A stretch of 64,000 nt of DNA from the NCBI GenBank assembly GCA_011109175.1, contig RDEW01000078.1, positions 102,974 to 166,973 of the forward strand. The letters are read 5' to 3'. The notes beneath the pieces are model-generated. The model saw only the letters and a list, made by a program, of their open reading frames with translations. It did no database searches and was not told the DNA's origin. The stretch comes from Dicyema japonicum (Eukaryota > Animalia > Dicyemida). Of this stretch, positions 27,745 to 40,708 are shown in pieces; the first letter of the stretch is position 1; the number at the start of each line of letters is the position of its first letter. A program made the position numbers and the translations under genes.

Positions 27745-27890
27745 CTTTTCTGGATTGACGAGTGACGCCGTCATCAGTGATTCATCACTGAGGAACTGGA
27801 TTGTCCCAAGGACTCATATATAAGCCAAAAGAAAAGAATAAGTTGATAACACCTTTGATGTCTTGGATTAACTTAAATAAAGTGCGAGTT
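27745..27890 (+). mobile_element. tRNA-SINE family A, 5'-truncated copy
   Basis: GATTGACGAGTGACGCCGTCATCAGTG..GGAACTGGATTGTC..CTTAAATAAAGTGCG. Confidence 0.75.
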
Positions 27891-27989
27891 CACCTAAGCG
27901 GAAGTATAAGAATTGTTTCCGTTACTTAAGTAGAAGTTTCAACTCCTTATTATCTCGTAGTGTCGTAGACAAGTTCCACGGAGGGCACT

Positions 27990-28900
27990 TGATGTAGTTG
28001 GAAGATGATATAAATATTGTTGTAGATAAGCAACTAAAGAACCTTGAAGAATGTCAGCTTTTTGTGGACTCAACTGTAAAAGATACCATTTCGCTACTGA
28101 AGACAGGCATCTGTTTAGTAGAACGATCTAGTTTTGACACTTTTACTGAAGAAGAAAAGAAAGAGATCCTTTTTGGATGTCTACCAAGTACTGGACGTCT
28201 CTGTATGAGGTTTCATGTGGACTGGACACTCACAAGGAATACTTTGCTATTGTCCTATCATGTCTTATAGCTGATATCGATTCCCTCTGAGCTTCAATTG
28301 GTACTCCAATGCGTATGTATCAGGATGGTGGAAAGAGGAAGGTACTTCATCCTCACAAAATCGATCCAAATTAGTCAGACTATAAATCTCTCAGAACTGA
28401 TCGATTTAAAATTAACAAATTTTGATAAATTTTGATAAAGATGTAAAGTAGTGAGATGACGAAGAAAGTTGGTGATAAAATAATTGCAGAAGGTAAAAAA
28501 TACGATCAAGACTTAAAATAAGGTCTCCAACAAGAAAGTCGTTGATTCTAGCCACGGATATGGATGAAATTGTTATTGGAAAAAGCTTAATCATATTAAT
28601 CGTGAGTTCCTCTAAGTTGGCCGTGGAAGAGATTTAAACCCAGTGCTGGTGAGCTTAACTCTTCAGTTGAGAAATTCCGCTATTCGATATCTTCCGAGTA
28701 TGTAGTCTCTTTCATTAAAGAAAGTGGAAGACGAAGGGCAACATCCGTCATGAGTTGATGAGGAAATTAAGTGGAATAGAGGCAGATCACTCACCCTATA
28801 AAGATAAGGTAGTCGGTGTACTTATAGCGTCCAGAGACCAAAAAACATAATTGTTAATTAACCGCCAAAACTTCGCACTTTTGTTATGCGGTTTGGAGAA
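27990..28900 (+). CDS. Probable intron-containing protein gene, unidentified
   Basis: 90-aa ORF with a plausible 22-nt GT-AG intron (GTACTGG..TATGAG). No family recognised with confidence. Confidence 0.25.
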
Positions 28901-29379
28901 TTAATTTGATGTGTTTTAAACTCGGTTAAAATATCCCTGAGAACCTTGGCAATCATTCTGCGTTATTGAATGATGCACACGTGCTACTGACTACAGCGCT
29001 GAAAGCCGATGCTAGAGCATACCTAATTAATTAAGGAACTTCACGGGACAGATCATATGCGGGCATAAAGTTATAATTCTGAATTTAGTTTTTAGTTGTC
29101 CACGTGCACTTTAAAGAACAAGTAAACACTTATAGGCTATATAGTGTATTATCTAGAACACCAACGCAAGTTAAACAGTTAACTGATTACAGTTATAATA
29201 AGCGCAGGGCCATCTTGCCTAATGTAGTCATTGATGTAACCCACTGCTGGGTAGAAGCGCCTCTTCACGTCCTTGAACAAAAATCGAATGGGAAGAGAGC
29301 TTGGCGAAAAAGGTTTATGCCTTCTTCATAAAGCAGAGAAATCAGGGTCCACATCTAAGGGTCGTCTTTATTATTAGCA

Positions 29380-31010
29380 CTTATCGCTATGTCATGACAA
29401 AACATGTGCAACACGATTTAGCTAATCACTGGTTAGTTTCATCCACTTCCTCCTATTCAAAGCCGCAGTGCGCAACCAGTCAAGATCATCTCCACTTCCA
29501 AGATGCCGTCCCATTTCTTTGAGGTCCTAGTCGATAACGACTGCCAGTGTCGTTCTTAGGCGACCACGGAAACGGGAGGCCTCCAACATGAAGTAATCCT
29601 CTGTGGCTACGTTCGCGGGGGCATCTATGTCCAGTCGCAGAATATGGCCGAAAAGCCTTCATCGTGTATCCAGAATCTCATTAGAAATTTCTGAGGTCTT
29701 CGTCCTTTTATAAAGAAGATTAGATGACATCCTCGTATCACTTCTTTCGAACATCATATGCCGTAGTTGGTCTCTATGAAACGCATTAAGCCTCTTCAGT
29801 TCATTTTTTGAGCAGGCCCAGGTACCAGCGTTATACAGTAGTATGGGTTTCACTAGCGAGTTGTATAATCTAGTTTTTGTTATAATGTCAAGGCCTTTTT
29901 TGTGAGCCAGGTGTTCTTTAATCTGGAGAGGGCAGTTTGTGCCAGGGTTTTCCTTCTTGTAATTTCTTCATGGTCTCCTAGGAGGGAGCCAAGCTTTTTG
30001 TACTTGCCAGTGCTCCTTCGTCCTTGTTTCTTCCCTCTTGAGTTCAGTTACCTCATTCTTGTTCGGATTTACTGTTAGGAACCATTCGGCTAATCTTCCA
30101 GGCACTTCTTCCAACAAGCGAGTGAGCGATATTTTGTTATTTGAAATAAAGTCTACGTCGTCAGCATACGCAATAATGTTTGTCTTTTCACCCATTATCG
30201 GTTTTGATTCCCGTACAAGGTATATGACAAAAAATAGGTGATAACGGGTCTCCCTGTGGAGTGCCAACAGTCGTCTCAAATCGGCGAGACAAGGCTCCCC
30301 CGACTCTTACAGTGAGCCAAATATCAGCTAAGCAGGTGGTAGCCATTCTGACAGTGAAGCGTCTAGGAAACTCCACAGAACCAGTATTAGTTTCCGTCCA
30401 TCGACAGAGTCAAGGCCCTCAAAATGTCGATTCCGAGGATTGTTGTAGACATTTTGAACATTTGAACGGCCGCAGATCTCCACTTGTGGAACCACAAAAC
30501 ATCGGAAGTAGATCTTCCTTTTCGGAATCCGCTGTGGTATGCGACAGAAATGTATCTAGGCGTCCTTCCATCTTTTGTAATGTTATGTTTGCCAAAATTT
30601 TTCGAAGTAAATTCATTAATATGACTAAACGGAGGTTCTCCACTTTAGCTTTTGGTTTATTCCCTTCTGTACAGGTATCAAGATACCCTCTCCCAGGGTC
30701 AGCGTGTGACCATAATAGTACATTTCAATCAGGATCCTAGCGATGCATTCATACAGCTATTGGGTTCCATATTTGAAGAATTCACCACGAGTCCGTCGGG
30801 GCCAGAAGTCCTGTTGTTTTTCAACTTGGAACTCGCAAGTTCAATTTCATATGGTGTGATTTCTTAGTCCAATTTCCCTCGTTCTAGGATGATAGTGTCG
30901 TTCCTTGGATTGAAAAGTTTTCCAACGTGGGCAGCGATAAATTCCGCCACTTCCCTTTGTTCCACAATCTGCGTTCCTTTGTCATCTCTTATCATTATCG
31001 GTTAATGGGG
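29380..31010 (-). mobile_element. RTE-clade LINE, decayed RT and C-terminus
   Basis: VGTPQGDPLSP, AYADDVDF, KPILLYNAGTW..LNAFHRDQLR; tail ends AAGTGCTAATAATAAA. Confidence 0.88.
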
Positions 31011-31171
31011 TCTCTTTTTTATCTGTTTCGTCTTCATATCATTAAAAACAAAATCTTATGAGTTGAATTTACAAATATTTTGTAATTTTAGTTATATTAA
31101 AAGTTGAGTTAATATTAAATAAATATAACCAATAATAATTATTTAAATATCATCTTGCGTGTCGAAGTGTG

Positions 31172-32782
31172 ATGGCAAGTTTGCTTGTACAAATAATTTC
31201 TTAGTTCAAGTTCTAGAAATAATTAGGCCATTTACAGTGCTGGTACCCGAAATACAGAAGCCCATAAGAAAAGTATGGCTTCCAAACTATTCTAGATCGC
31301 TTTCAAAGAGCGTGTTCTCTGGAGCTTAGTCACCCTCCTTGTTTTTCTTGTATGTTGTCAGGTCCCTCTTTTTGGACTTATGACGACCAGCACCGCCGAC
31401 CCCTGTACTGGATTCGAGCCATTTTGGCCTCCAATCGAGGTAATTGATCTAACGGTACCAAATAGGGACTTTGATGGACCTTGGGATGTCTCCGATTATA
31501 ACTTCAAGCATGATCATGCAATTTCTAGCGGCCTCCAAGATCATTGAGGTTTCAGATTCACCCAAGGACCAGGCAATCTTCGACAACGCTCAAAAAACGT
31601 AAGGCAGTGGTTTACAAAAGTGATCGGTCTTGTCTTCACTGTGGCCCAGTCTATCCTCTCCATCATTATGGGAATGTACGGGGATCCTTCATGAGATGGG
31701 GTTCGGCGTGTGCGCCGTGATCTTTATCCAAGTTGACGGTAGTATCATTTCAGCTCCTCTGTGCTGGGATCCTTGTGCTGCTGATGGATGAGCTTTTGCA
31801 GAAGGGGTACGGCCTGGGCTCTGGGATCTCACTGTTCATAGCAACGAACATCTGTGAGAATATAAGCTGGGAGGCCTTGAGCATAACAACGATAAACACA
31901 GGGAGAGGTTAGTACCGTTAAATAATAGTAAGGGACCGAGTATGAGGGAGCTCTTATTTCACTTGTGCACTTGCTGATAACACGGACGAACAAGGTCAGG
32001 GCTCTCAGGGAAGCGTTCTTCCGGACTAATCTCCCAAATGTGTCTTCGTTGATGGCGACGGTCCTTGTTTTTCTGACCGTGATCTACCTGCAGGTACTCC
32101 TCTATGTGATTGAAGGGATTTCGTGTAAACCTGATCCTCCACTCAAAGCGGTATCGCGGAAACTGTGGATCTTACCCGATAAAGCTGTTTTACACGTCGA
32201 ATATGCCAATAATCTTGCAAAGTGCTCTTGTGTCCAATCTCTTCATATTCGCCCAGATGCTGGCCAGTAGATTCGACAACATTGTGATCCGCCTTGTTGG
32301 GGTATGGAGGATGACGTCAAACGGGAGGTCCTTCCCAGTTGGAGGTCTGTGCTATTATATGTCCCCGCCGCAAAATTTTGCCCACTTTGTGAGCGACCCA
32401 GTGCACTCTGTGTGCTATATAGTGTTCATGTTGGGATCATGTGCTCTGTTTTCTAAATATTGGGTGAATTTGAGTGGTCAGTCGCCGAAGGATGTGGCGA
32501 AGCAGTTGAAGAATGAGAATATGGTGGTGTCGGCCTGCAGGGATGAGGAATCAGTAGTGAACTATCTAAGTCGGTATATTGGGATAGCTGCGTCGTTTGG
32601 GGGACTATGCATTGGAGCTTTGTCTGTGTTTGCGGACTGTCTTGGTGATGGTTGGGTTATTGTAGGTGCTATTGGTAGTGGGACTGGGATTCTGTTGGCT
32701 GTTGGAATTATTTATAAATTACTTTGAGATCTTTGCCAAGGAACAGGCGGAGGCTGGCAGCTTTACTAGTCTTTTGTTTTAG
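31172..32782 (+). CDS. SEC61A: Protein transport protein Sec61 subunit alpha
   Basis: Extensive identity: [82 protein letters not shown]. Introns 21-26 nt and four single-base homopolymer/doublet indels. Confidence 0.98.
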
Positions 32783-34472
32783 TTAACATAATTTTTGTTT
32801 ATTTTTTGGATTCTATGTATTCGGAACTACTTTTTGTTTTAGTTGGTTGGGCTGATTAGAGGATTCTAGTATAGGGTAGATAAACTTTCCGTTAAAGGCT
32901 TTAACACCAACTTTGAAGTAACTCCATGTTGGAGTTATTTGGTAGATTCGAGTCTATTGCCAATATATGAAACCCTAAGGTACGTTAAGTGTTGCTATAA
33001 CTAAAACCTCACAAACTTATTTCATAGAGAAATTCGGAAATCCATGACTTATTGACTTTTGAAATAACAGACTGATTAGCAAAAATTGATTAAAAAATCT
33101 TAATTCTGTTTTGCAATAAAATCTGGTAGAGGATTACGTGAGTATTGAGCGTTCCTCTGATTGGGTTTAAAGATATAGAAACTCTACAAAGTCGGAATTT
33201 TGAATCGCTTTCTTTAAGACAAAAGTATCTTCTTGCGTAGTAGGATCATTGTAAAACATGAAAGAAGACCACGTGCCATTTCGCCACAAAGTGCAACAGA
33301 TATTGCTAGTAAGAAGGAATTCTTACTTCTCCACGAGTTTGGTCTAAATAATGAGAGGAAACCAAGACTCAGTCAGTTGCGGTGAATAAGATGGTAGAGA
33401 TCAGATATGCAAAAAATATCCCCGACCTGTTTATTTTGACATAAAAGTGGAATAAAGTCTTCCACAAATGTGAGAGACTAACTTCTGGATTACCAATGTA
33501 GTCACTTAGGATGGTATTGTGACTTTCCAGTATGGTAGATTGTTGAATAGCAGAAGAATGTTCAATCGTTGTTAATTAAGATTTTGGAGAGTTTTACTGT
33601 CCATGAAGAACTGAAACCGAATCTGGAGATGTAGTACTAAGCACAAAAAGTTAGATATTCTTAATTTAAATGGAAGTTATTGGAGAATAAATGAGTGATC
33701 TATTTAAAGACCATGTGAATTGGTATTTACTCAGTTACCCCGACATAACTAACATGTCGAAGGCTGGCTGCTATCTAAAAGTGCTGGCACAATGACAGTC
33801 ATAAGGATTTCCTTGAGAATGAGCTCCGTGTAGGGGAAAGGTCTTTTAGCTGGTCAAAAGTTGAGTGGGGGACGAGTATATTAACATACACAGCAAAGGT
33901 TGCTTATCCAACAAAAAGAGTAGGATAATTTGAATTCAATTCTGCAAAAGATTTGATTTATTTTTATTGATTTTCTGGAGTCCCTCATGGAGATCCGGTC
34001 TTCTAAAACTTGCTCGCCCTCGAACCACTAATGTGTCCCTCGAGGAAATTTATACGACTCCTTGGACTCATGGAAGGTGAAACAACTTGTATGGACAACT
34101 GGGGATGGTTGTACTAAAGCTCATGCAGTTGTAGTCTTGACTGTAGAAATTTTTTATATTTATTCCATTTAATATCGTTTAAATTCAGGGAGTCAACCAG
34201 ATATCTTCGAGAACGACAGAAATATTCGAAAGAGTAACTTTTAATTAATACAACAGGAACCATAATAAAAAGGAAAGGAGTTATGACTGATTAAGTGATT
34301 CGGAGTCGATTCCTTATCTGGGAATTCTGGATAAATCTCCCTAAAGAATGTTTCTTTTCATATTTTTTGGGAGGATTACAGATGTGGTATGACTTTAAGT
34401 AGAAAAAAATGCTCTGGAAATTTGGCCTTTCAAGAAAAGTTCAGTTAGGTAATTTACAATTGACGGGTCCTT

Positions 34473-34800
34473 TATTTATTTATTAACCCCGGATAGACCA
34501 AGAAAGAAGTTAAAGTAAACAACTAATTAAGTGTATCCAGTTTCCACTTCTACAGAAACAGAGTCCATCCGGAATCAGCATAAAGGGTAAGACGTCCATT
34601 ACATGCAGTTGTGGAAACCCCTCCAGTGGAGTGGGGAAGAGAAAATGATCCTTTTTCATGCCGGCCTGGCACTGGGCGTCACCTGGACAGGTAGATCACA
34701 TGACGCCACTCTAATAGGAAGAGAGAAGAGGAACAGACAAGCAAGCAGAAACTTCAATCAATTAACAACGCAGCACCACATGGCGCCACGCGGCAAAATA
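34473..34800 (-). mobile_element. Non-tRNA SINE-like element (family B), copy 2
   Basis: Exact 18-bp direct repeat TACAATTGACGGGTCCTT (34455-34472 / 34801-34818), (TAAA)n tail, near-identical to 3970-4322. Confidence 0.92.
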
Positions 34801-34974
34801 TACAATTGACGGGTCCTTAACTAAGCTAGTGTTTCAAGAGTTTTTCGTTAAAATAAAAGCAAAGGATATTTAAGTATGATTAATAATTTACTATTTAAAT
34901 TTAAATATTTTTAAATTTTATAGATTTAGCGGTCATAAAAATCTTTTTTAGTGTGACGCTTATAGTGTTTTAAT

Positions 34975-36541
34975 ATGACAAATTCTTTTCTTAATAACTC
35001 CAGCAAGTATATTTTACTAATAATAAACAGAATGACAACATCTCTTCAAGAATTCATTAATTCAATTCGCAATGATACCTTAACTGACGAAGACGTAAGT
35101 TTCTCCCTCACATTATTACCAATCAGCGCAGAAACTGCATTTGTCTCCACTATTCATGCTATTTCTGGTATTTATCAAATATATTCAGATTCATTAAACA
35201 GCCTGTCCAACAGTGACCATATTTATACTATTTTGGAGAAAATTTCACAGTATCCTCTCGCACTAACCTTAGTAACCTCAACAAGGGGAAACTGATTAAG
35301 GCGGGGTCACTTTTAGAGAATTTTCTCACTAAATTCAAGGAAATAATCAAAATCAACTCTTTGCCCACATCAAACTCCTCCACATGTTTCAGAAAGACCA
35401 AGAAAGTACTCTTGACCTAATCTCAGCTGTTCAATGAGACAGTGATTGAATCTAACTACCTACTAAACAAGATATCTTCCAGTCTAGAATTTGGGGGAGA
35501 CAATAAATAAGCTGAAGGACCTGTACAACCGTACGGTGAATATGTGGATGAAGTGTCTCATAATCGTAACATTGAGTGTAATCCTAGAGTGAAATCCAAA
35601 TTATTGGGGAGTCTCGTCAGGAGGACGTGGTAAGAACAGGCATCCGTTCGCTGATAGGTTACAGTAGGACGAGTAAACGAGTGTGTGAGTGTATAATACA
35701 GGTGGTGTGTGATGCTGATGAAAGTGTGGGGGAGTAGAATGTTTGATATCCGTTTGTTACTCGATGAAGGAGGTAGCCTATGATGCACTCAAATTGACAG
35801 TGTTGCTATGCACTCAGTTCGGGGTGGAGGTGTTTGTTAAGGTATATTGGTTCTGATGGTAGAGTGGACTGCTTCAGTGTGGGGTAGCTGTGTTTGTGGA
35901 GGAGTACTCTGATCTGGTGAGAATGGAGATGGCTATGGCGCTGAGTGCTTTGGAGTTGAGGGTGAATGTTCCGAAGGAGATTATACGGGGTCTTGTGGAT
36001 GGTTGTAAGAATGGGAATAGTGAGATGGCCCTTGCCTGTTTGGCAGCCCTATGCAATACGGTGATTTGCGAACCCTCCAATGTGGAGTATGTGGTGGAGG
36101 CTGGGCTGTTGCCGTTGCTTGCATCCTCCAGTGTGTTCGTCAGGGACTGGGTTTGGTGAGTGGTTACTGTAGATTGCCTGTTTGATGGCTTTGGTGGCTA
36201 AGCATGAGTGTTACCATAGACATATGATTGAGGGTGGATGTCTCACTGTGTTGATGGATTATTTGATGACTGACAATGAATGTACTACGATATCTTCGCA
36301 TGTTATGGCCATTACTAGAGTGTTGCAGAAGACTATTATTGCGTTGACTAGACTGTCACTCACTTCAGGAGTATCGCTGTTCATTTATAATCATAATGGG
36401 CTTGATAGGATTAGAGTGTTAGCTACTGACTCTGCTGCTAGATTTAACTGTGAACATGTAAGAGTGGCTGCTACGGCTGCTTATGATTTTATTAATACTA
36501 GATTGTCTATTGATCAGAGTACTAATGATCCTTTACTTTAA
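34975..36541 (+). CDS. INSC: Inscuteable homolog (ARM-repeat spindle orientation adaptor)
   Basis: VRMEMAMAL, EIIRGLVDGC..LAALCN, VRDWV, HVMAITRVLQKTIIALTRLS and ARFNCEHVRVAATAA align with the INSC C-terminal half (TRAEAAAV, EIVTALVKLC..SAALAN, TRDQI, ACERVQQKAAVTLARLS, ERNSSDAVLVACLAA). Confidence 0.82.
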
Positions 36542-36609
36542 TAAAAATATTCTTTATTGGGACTTTTTGGGTATATTGCATATGAGTATTATTTCATAAG
36601 GGACCATTA

Positions 36610-36960
36610 TCGCCTTAAAGTAAGTGTTGTAGAACTTTATTTTGCCGTCGATCCAGATTATCGAGCAGAATTCTTTACGAAAAGATCAATTGTTTGCCAA
36701 TTTCAATTGAAATAGATGGAGGCTCTTTGGGCAAGTTTTGAGGTTTGACCTTGAGACCCCAGCTAACGTAGCCATGGATGACTTTTTCGCTTCTGATGCT
36801 CCCTGATTCAGTGGACGACCTAGGATCAACTTCACAATGATCCTCGACGGGGAATATTGAGAGACGCTTAAAAGAAGAAGATCTGGATGAACTATGAGAG
36901 CTTGGTTATGACAGTGGAGAAAAATGACTTTGCTACAAGTTTCTCGAGTCGCACATCATT
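36610..36960 (+). mobile_element. RTE 3' fragment
   Basis: RWRLFGQVLR, MDDFF, FSGRPR motifs. Confidence 0.65.
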
Positions 36961-37261
36961 TGTCATATCAGGGAAAGAGTACTTCATAATAATTACTGCT
37001 ATTTGACTTTTATGTTATCTCTTATTGCATTTCATGCGCTTGTTATGTTAAGCATTTGTTTCCAAGGTTATTATACCAAAGATGAATTTTTCTACTGATT
37101 TTAATCTAATCCTCGTGATCATATGTGATGTTTCTTAAGCACAACACTGTAAGTCTCTATTGGCAGTTTAGTGAATAAAGTTTATATAATTATATTAGAT
37201 AGAGATTCTACCATCTTATGTTAAAATACATAAAAATATTGTAATCATATTTTCCTATATA

Positions 37262-37935
37262 CAGTAGAACTCCTAATTTTACCGAATATCGCCAAATCAA
37301 TTAAATTGGTTAAAACACCGTTTATCAGCAGAAAAACCTAATTTAACAAATTGGATGGGGAAGACCCACATACAAAAACCTGAACATTAAAGACTCCATG
37401 ATATATTTGAACTTTGGAAAGAAATTTGCCCAAGCACATTAATGTTTTAATCATGCCAAATGGTACAATAAAGAATTGACCCACAAATATGAACAATGTC
37501 GAGAATTATAATGTTTTTGTTTTAAAGTCCAATTTAGAAGAGGATTTTTTGAACATCAAATTTGGGGAAGAAGATATTCTTTTATAAAAAATTGAAATAG
37601 AAACGGCTGAATTGACAAAAGCAATGAATGTGCCCTGAAATACTTAATAATTCTTTAAATCTTGTAGGGTAGGTTGAAGAGACAGGCGATATCAATGTGG
37701 TAACTAATAAAGAATGTTATTCGATTTTTCAAGTATTGAAAAATTATTTTAAACACTTTGAATTTTTTGATTTAAATGGAGGGGTTAAATCAAGTTTCAA
37801 AAACATTGAAGAAAGGAAATGTGGCTAACAACACACTTGATAATTGGTTTATAAAAATCAATTTTATTTGTTACTCCTATAAGCGAAATTTTTTTAGAAT
37901 TCGCAAAATTGGCGGTTAGGAAGAGTTATACAGTA
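37262..37935. mobile_element. Possible decayed pogo/Tigger-like DNA transposon remnant
   Basis: Left end TA-CAGTAGAACTCC resembles pogo-type termini; only a partial inverted match near 37900-37930. Confidence 0.3.
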
Positions 37936-38599
37936 TTCCCTTTAAATGTGGAAATCTTAAACTTAAATTTGAATCCCCCATCCTTTACCTTTAATTACTT
38001 AAATCGACCATAACTTCAAGGTTATTCTGTTATCCTTCATAAATGTTTGTCTTTAATGATTGAGTAAATATTTTTTTGATTCTTGATTATCTTAAACTGA
38101 TATTTTTGTTGAGGTCATTAAGGAAGTAGAAATCGGAGATTTGTTAATAGCAAAGTCTCCTAAATTTGCCAATTTTTGAATTTGTCCAATCGCTGTCGAA
38201 AATAATTTATGTTCAAAATCTGAGACGTCTGTGAATGACATTTTTGGTTATCTTCTCTCACGTGCACCAATAAAATAATAAACTGAATGCGCCCCGAAGA
38301 GGTAAATTCACTCATGTTAATAATATTCTTATTTTTGTGGGCTGGTGGATGGCACAACAACAATCATTATTGGCCAAATTACTTATCTGGGTACGGGTAA
38401 TGGTCACTGACCACGTTGCACTTGCATAGGTCAATACTGAACGGACAAATTGTCTGTAGATAGTGAAGGGGATCCAATTTTTACTACAATTTTTAGGATT
38501 GTCATTCTCTTCATCGCTGATGTCACCTATTTTTACATGTTTGGCTGAAGAAAGTCCCTGTCAAACATGACTCCCAATATGTTTGATGCGTTATTCATT

Positions 38600-38830
38600 G
38601 GAATAGTCGAATTGTTAAGGATAATTATTCGCTTTCCAACCGATCTCCGTTGAGACGCTGGAGTTATTGGCCCGAGCACGTCTGGGTTTATCAAGTTAAT
38701 CGGACGGCTTGCAGGGCTGCAGAAGGGTGAGCCTAGAATGTCGCGGTGGCTCTTCCAGGAAATTTTGCTAACGATTATGAGAGGAAACTCCCATTACGTA
38801 CTCAATGGCTGCAGGCCATAATGGAGACCT
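38600..38830 (+). mobile_element. CRE-like element C-terminus
   Basis: PISVET.GVIGPST..FIKLIG..GEPRMSRWLFQEILLTIMRGNS then stop. Confidence 0.75.
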
Positions 38831-38864
38831 TGCCATATCAACTAGCTCTGCTTAATTATAATTA

Positions 38865-39160
38865 ATTCCGGATACACCAAGAAAAAGTTAACTAATTAAG
38901 TGTATTCAGTTTCCACTGTCGCAGTAACAGAGTCCTTACAACGTTACGCGAATCCATCCATAACCAACATAAGAGAAAAAGACATCCTTTCCTTGCAGTT
39001 GTGGGAACCCGTCCGGTGTGGTGGGGGAGAGTAAATAATTTTATTACATATCACTCTGACACTAGGATCACATGACACCACTTTATTAAAAAGGAAGAGA
39101 AGAAACAAACAGAAATCTTTAATCACGTATCCACATGACACCACGTGTCATCACTAATTA
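38865..39160 (-). mobile_element. SINE-B copy 3, diverged
   Basis: Shares CTAATTAAGTGTAT.CAGTTTCCAC, TTGTGG.AACCC and GATCACATGAC.CCACT with 34473-34800. Confidence 0.75.
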
Positions 39161-39229
39161 CTTTAAACAATTCCTCTAATTAGCCGTGGCACCACGTGTC
39201 ATCATTAATTACTTTAAACAATTCCTCTA

Positions 39230-40540
39230 TCTTTAACTTTTCAATAATCCATAACCAAATTCCAGACATTTGGAAACAGTCCAACATACGCCCAATTCTC
39301 AAACCGGGAAGGCCGAAGAACGACCCCTCTTCGTACCGACCCATTGCACTATTATGTCATCCTCGAAGCTCCTGGAAAAACTCGTTTACGAATCATTTAC
39401 CCCGCCCTTCCCCTTGCACATCTCCAACATGTTTTCAAGAGAGACCGATTTACATAAACACACCTCACCTCATTGAACCATTATTGAAGGCTTTTCTGCA
39501 AAACCACATCTAAAATCTGTTTTATGCTGTCTCGACCTACAAAAGACTTTCGATTCTGTATCCGAAAAATCCTTACTCAAAAAATATTTAGACTATCCAT
39601 CGACTCGAAACATAAAATTATGGCTTTCAAATTTTCCTCAGCGGAAGGAGAGGGCGTGTATGCTTGGATGGGATTCGATCAGTCTCAAGATTACTTCCAA
39701 ATGGAATTCCCCGAGGCTCCCTCTGTCTCCTGCCCTATTCAACTTATACCTTCCCGACATTCGTAATTAAGTTATGGAAGACTCGATAATTCTCGCTTAT
39801 ACTGATAACCTACTCATTATTTCACATGATCAAGACCTCACAAATGCTTCAAAAAAGTACAAGAACTCTTGCTTCAAATTCAAACTTGGCTACACCAAAA
39901 CCGGATAAACATATCTCCCGAAAAATCCTCCACCACTCTATTTACCTCGGATAAAAGGCTCGGAAGATGTACCGTGGATCTATTCCTGGACAACGAAAAA
40001 AACCCTTTTACGAAGAACCCTAAAATTTTGGGGGTCACTTTTGATACGCACATGTGTTTTTCTGCCCATATTGAAAGACCATTGGAACTTGTCAGAACAA
40101 AATTGGTTTAATCAAAACCATATTTGGTGGAATAAAAAAGCAATTCCCTGCTCTCGGTATTCTCCATAAGCAATTCATCAGTTACGCCTGTGCAGCATAG
40201 GGATTTAATCTCTCGTGGACCAACCGTCTTAAAGTTGATTACACACTATGTAGAGCGGCGACTACCATAATGCACATCGCAAAGCTGAACAACATTCCAC
40301 CCAGTCCCTTTGACCACCTTATTGAGCAAAACGACAAGAGCTTCCTGACGTTAACCCTCCAGCAGGACCTGTCGTCGACAGTCCGTCCTGTGTCAAGTTT
40401 CCAGAAGCACATCACCCCAGTTAGCTTTCTCACGAACACTGTCCCCCACCCATATCGTGAATGTGTTGGGTCAAAAGTCTAGCATAGAAAGAAGCTGAGA
40501 AAGCTTATCAGGATTGTCGGGATCACCTAATTAATTTCAA
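39230..40540 (+). mobile_element. APE-type LINE, RT region, decayed
   Basis: IPDIWKQSNIRPILKPGRP.NDPSSYRPIAL, DL.KDFDSV, SPEKSSTTLFT, KILGVTFD. Confidence 0.82.
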
Positions 40541-40708
40541 CGAGATTAACTATTGGTGTTTTTGGGTTAAATAAAAAAAATTTCCTTACCAAGCAACTAC
40601 CAAATAGTTTGATTGGTAATGACTAAGAGTGCCAAACTACCGTTCCCATAATTCAGGGGATAATATAAACATGAAGAGTGACAAAACACGAACATAATGA
40701 ATTAACAA

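Noticed and set aside
27990-28900. TELO2 or deubiquitinase assignment
   Set aside because: Only vague resemblance; I could not assemble a convincing spliced protein.
32900-34200. Additional gene downstream of SEC61A
   Set aside because: No frame could be assembled and no family motif was recognised; left unannotated.
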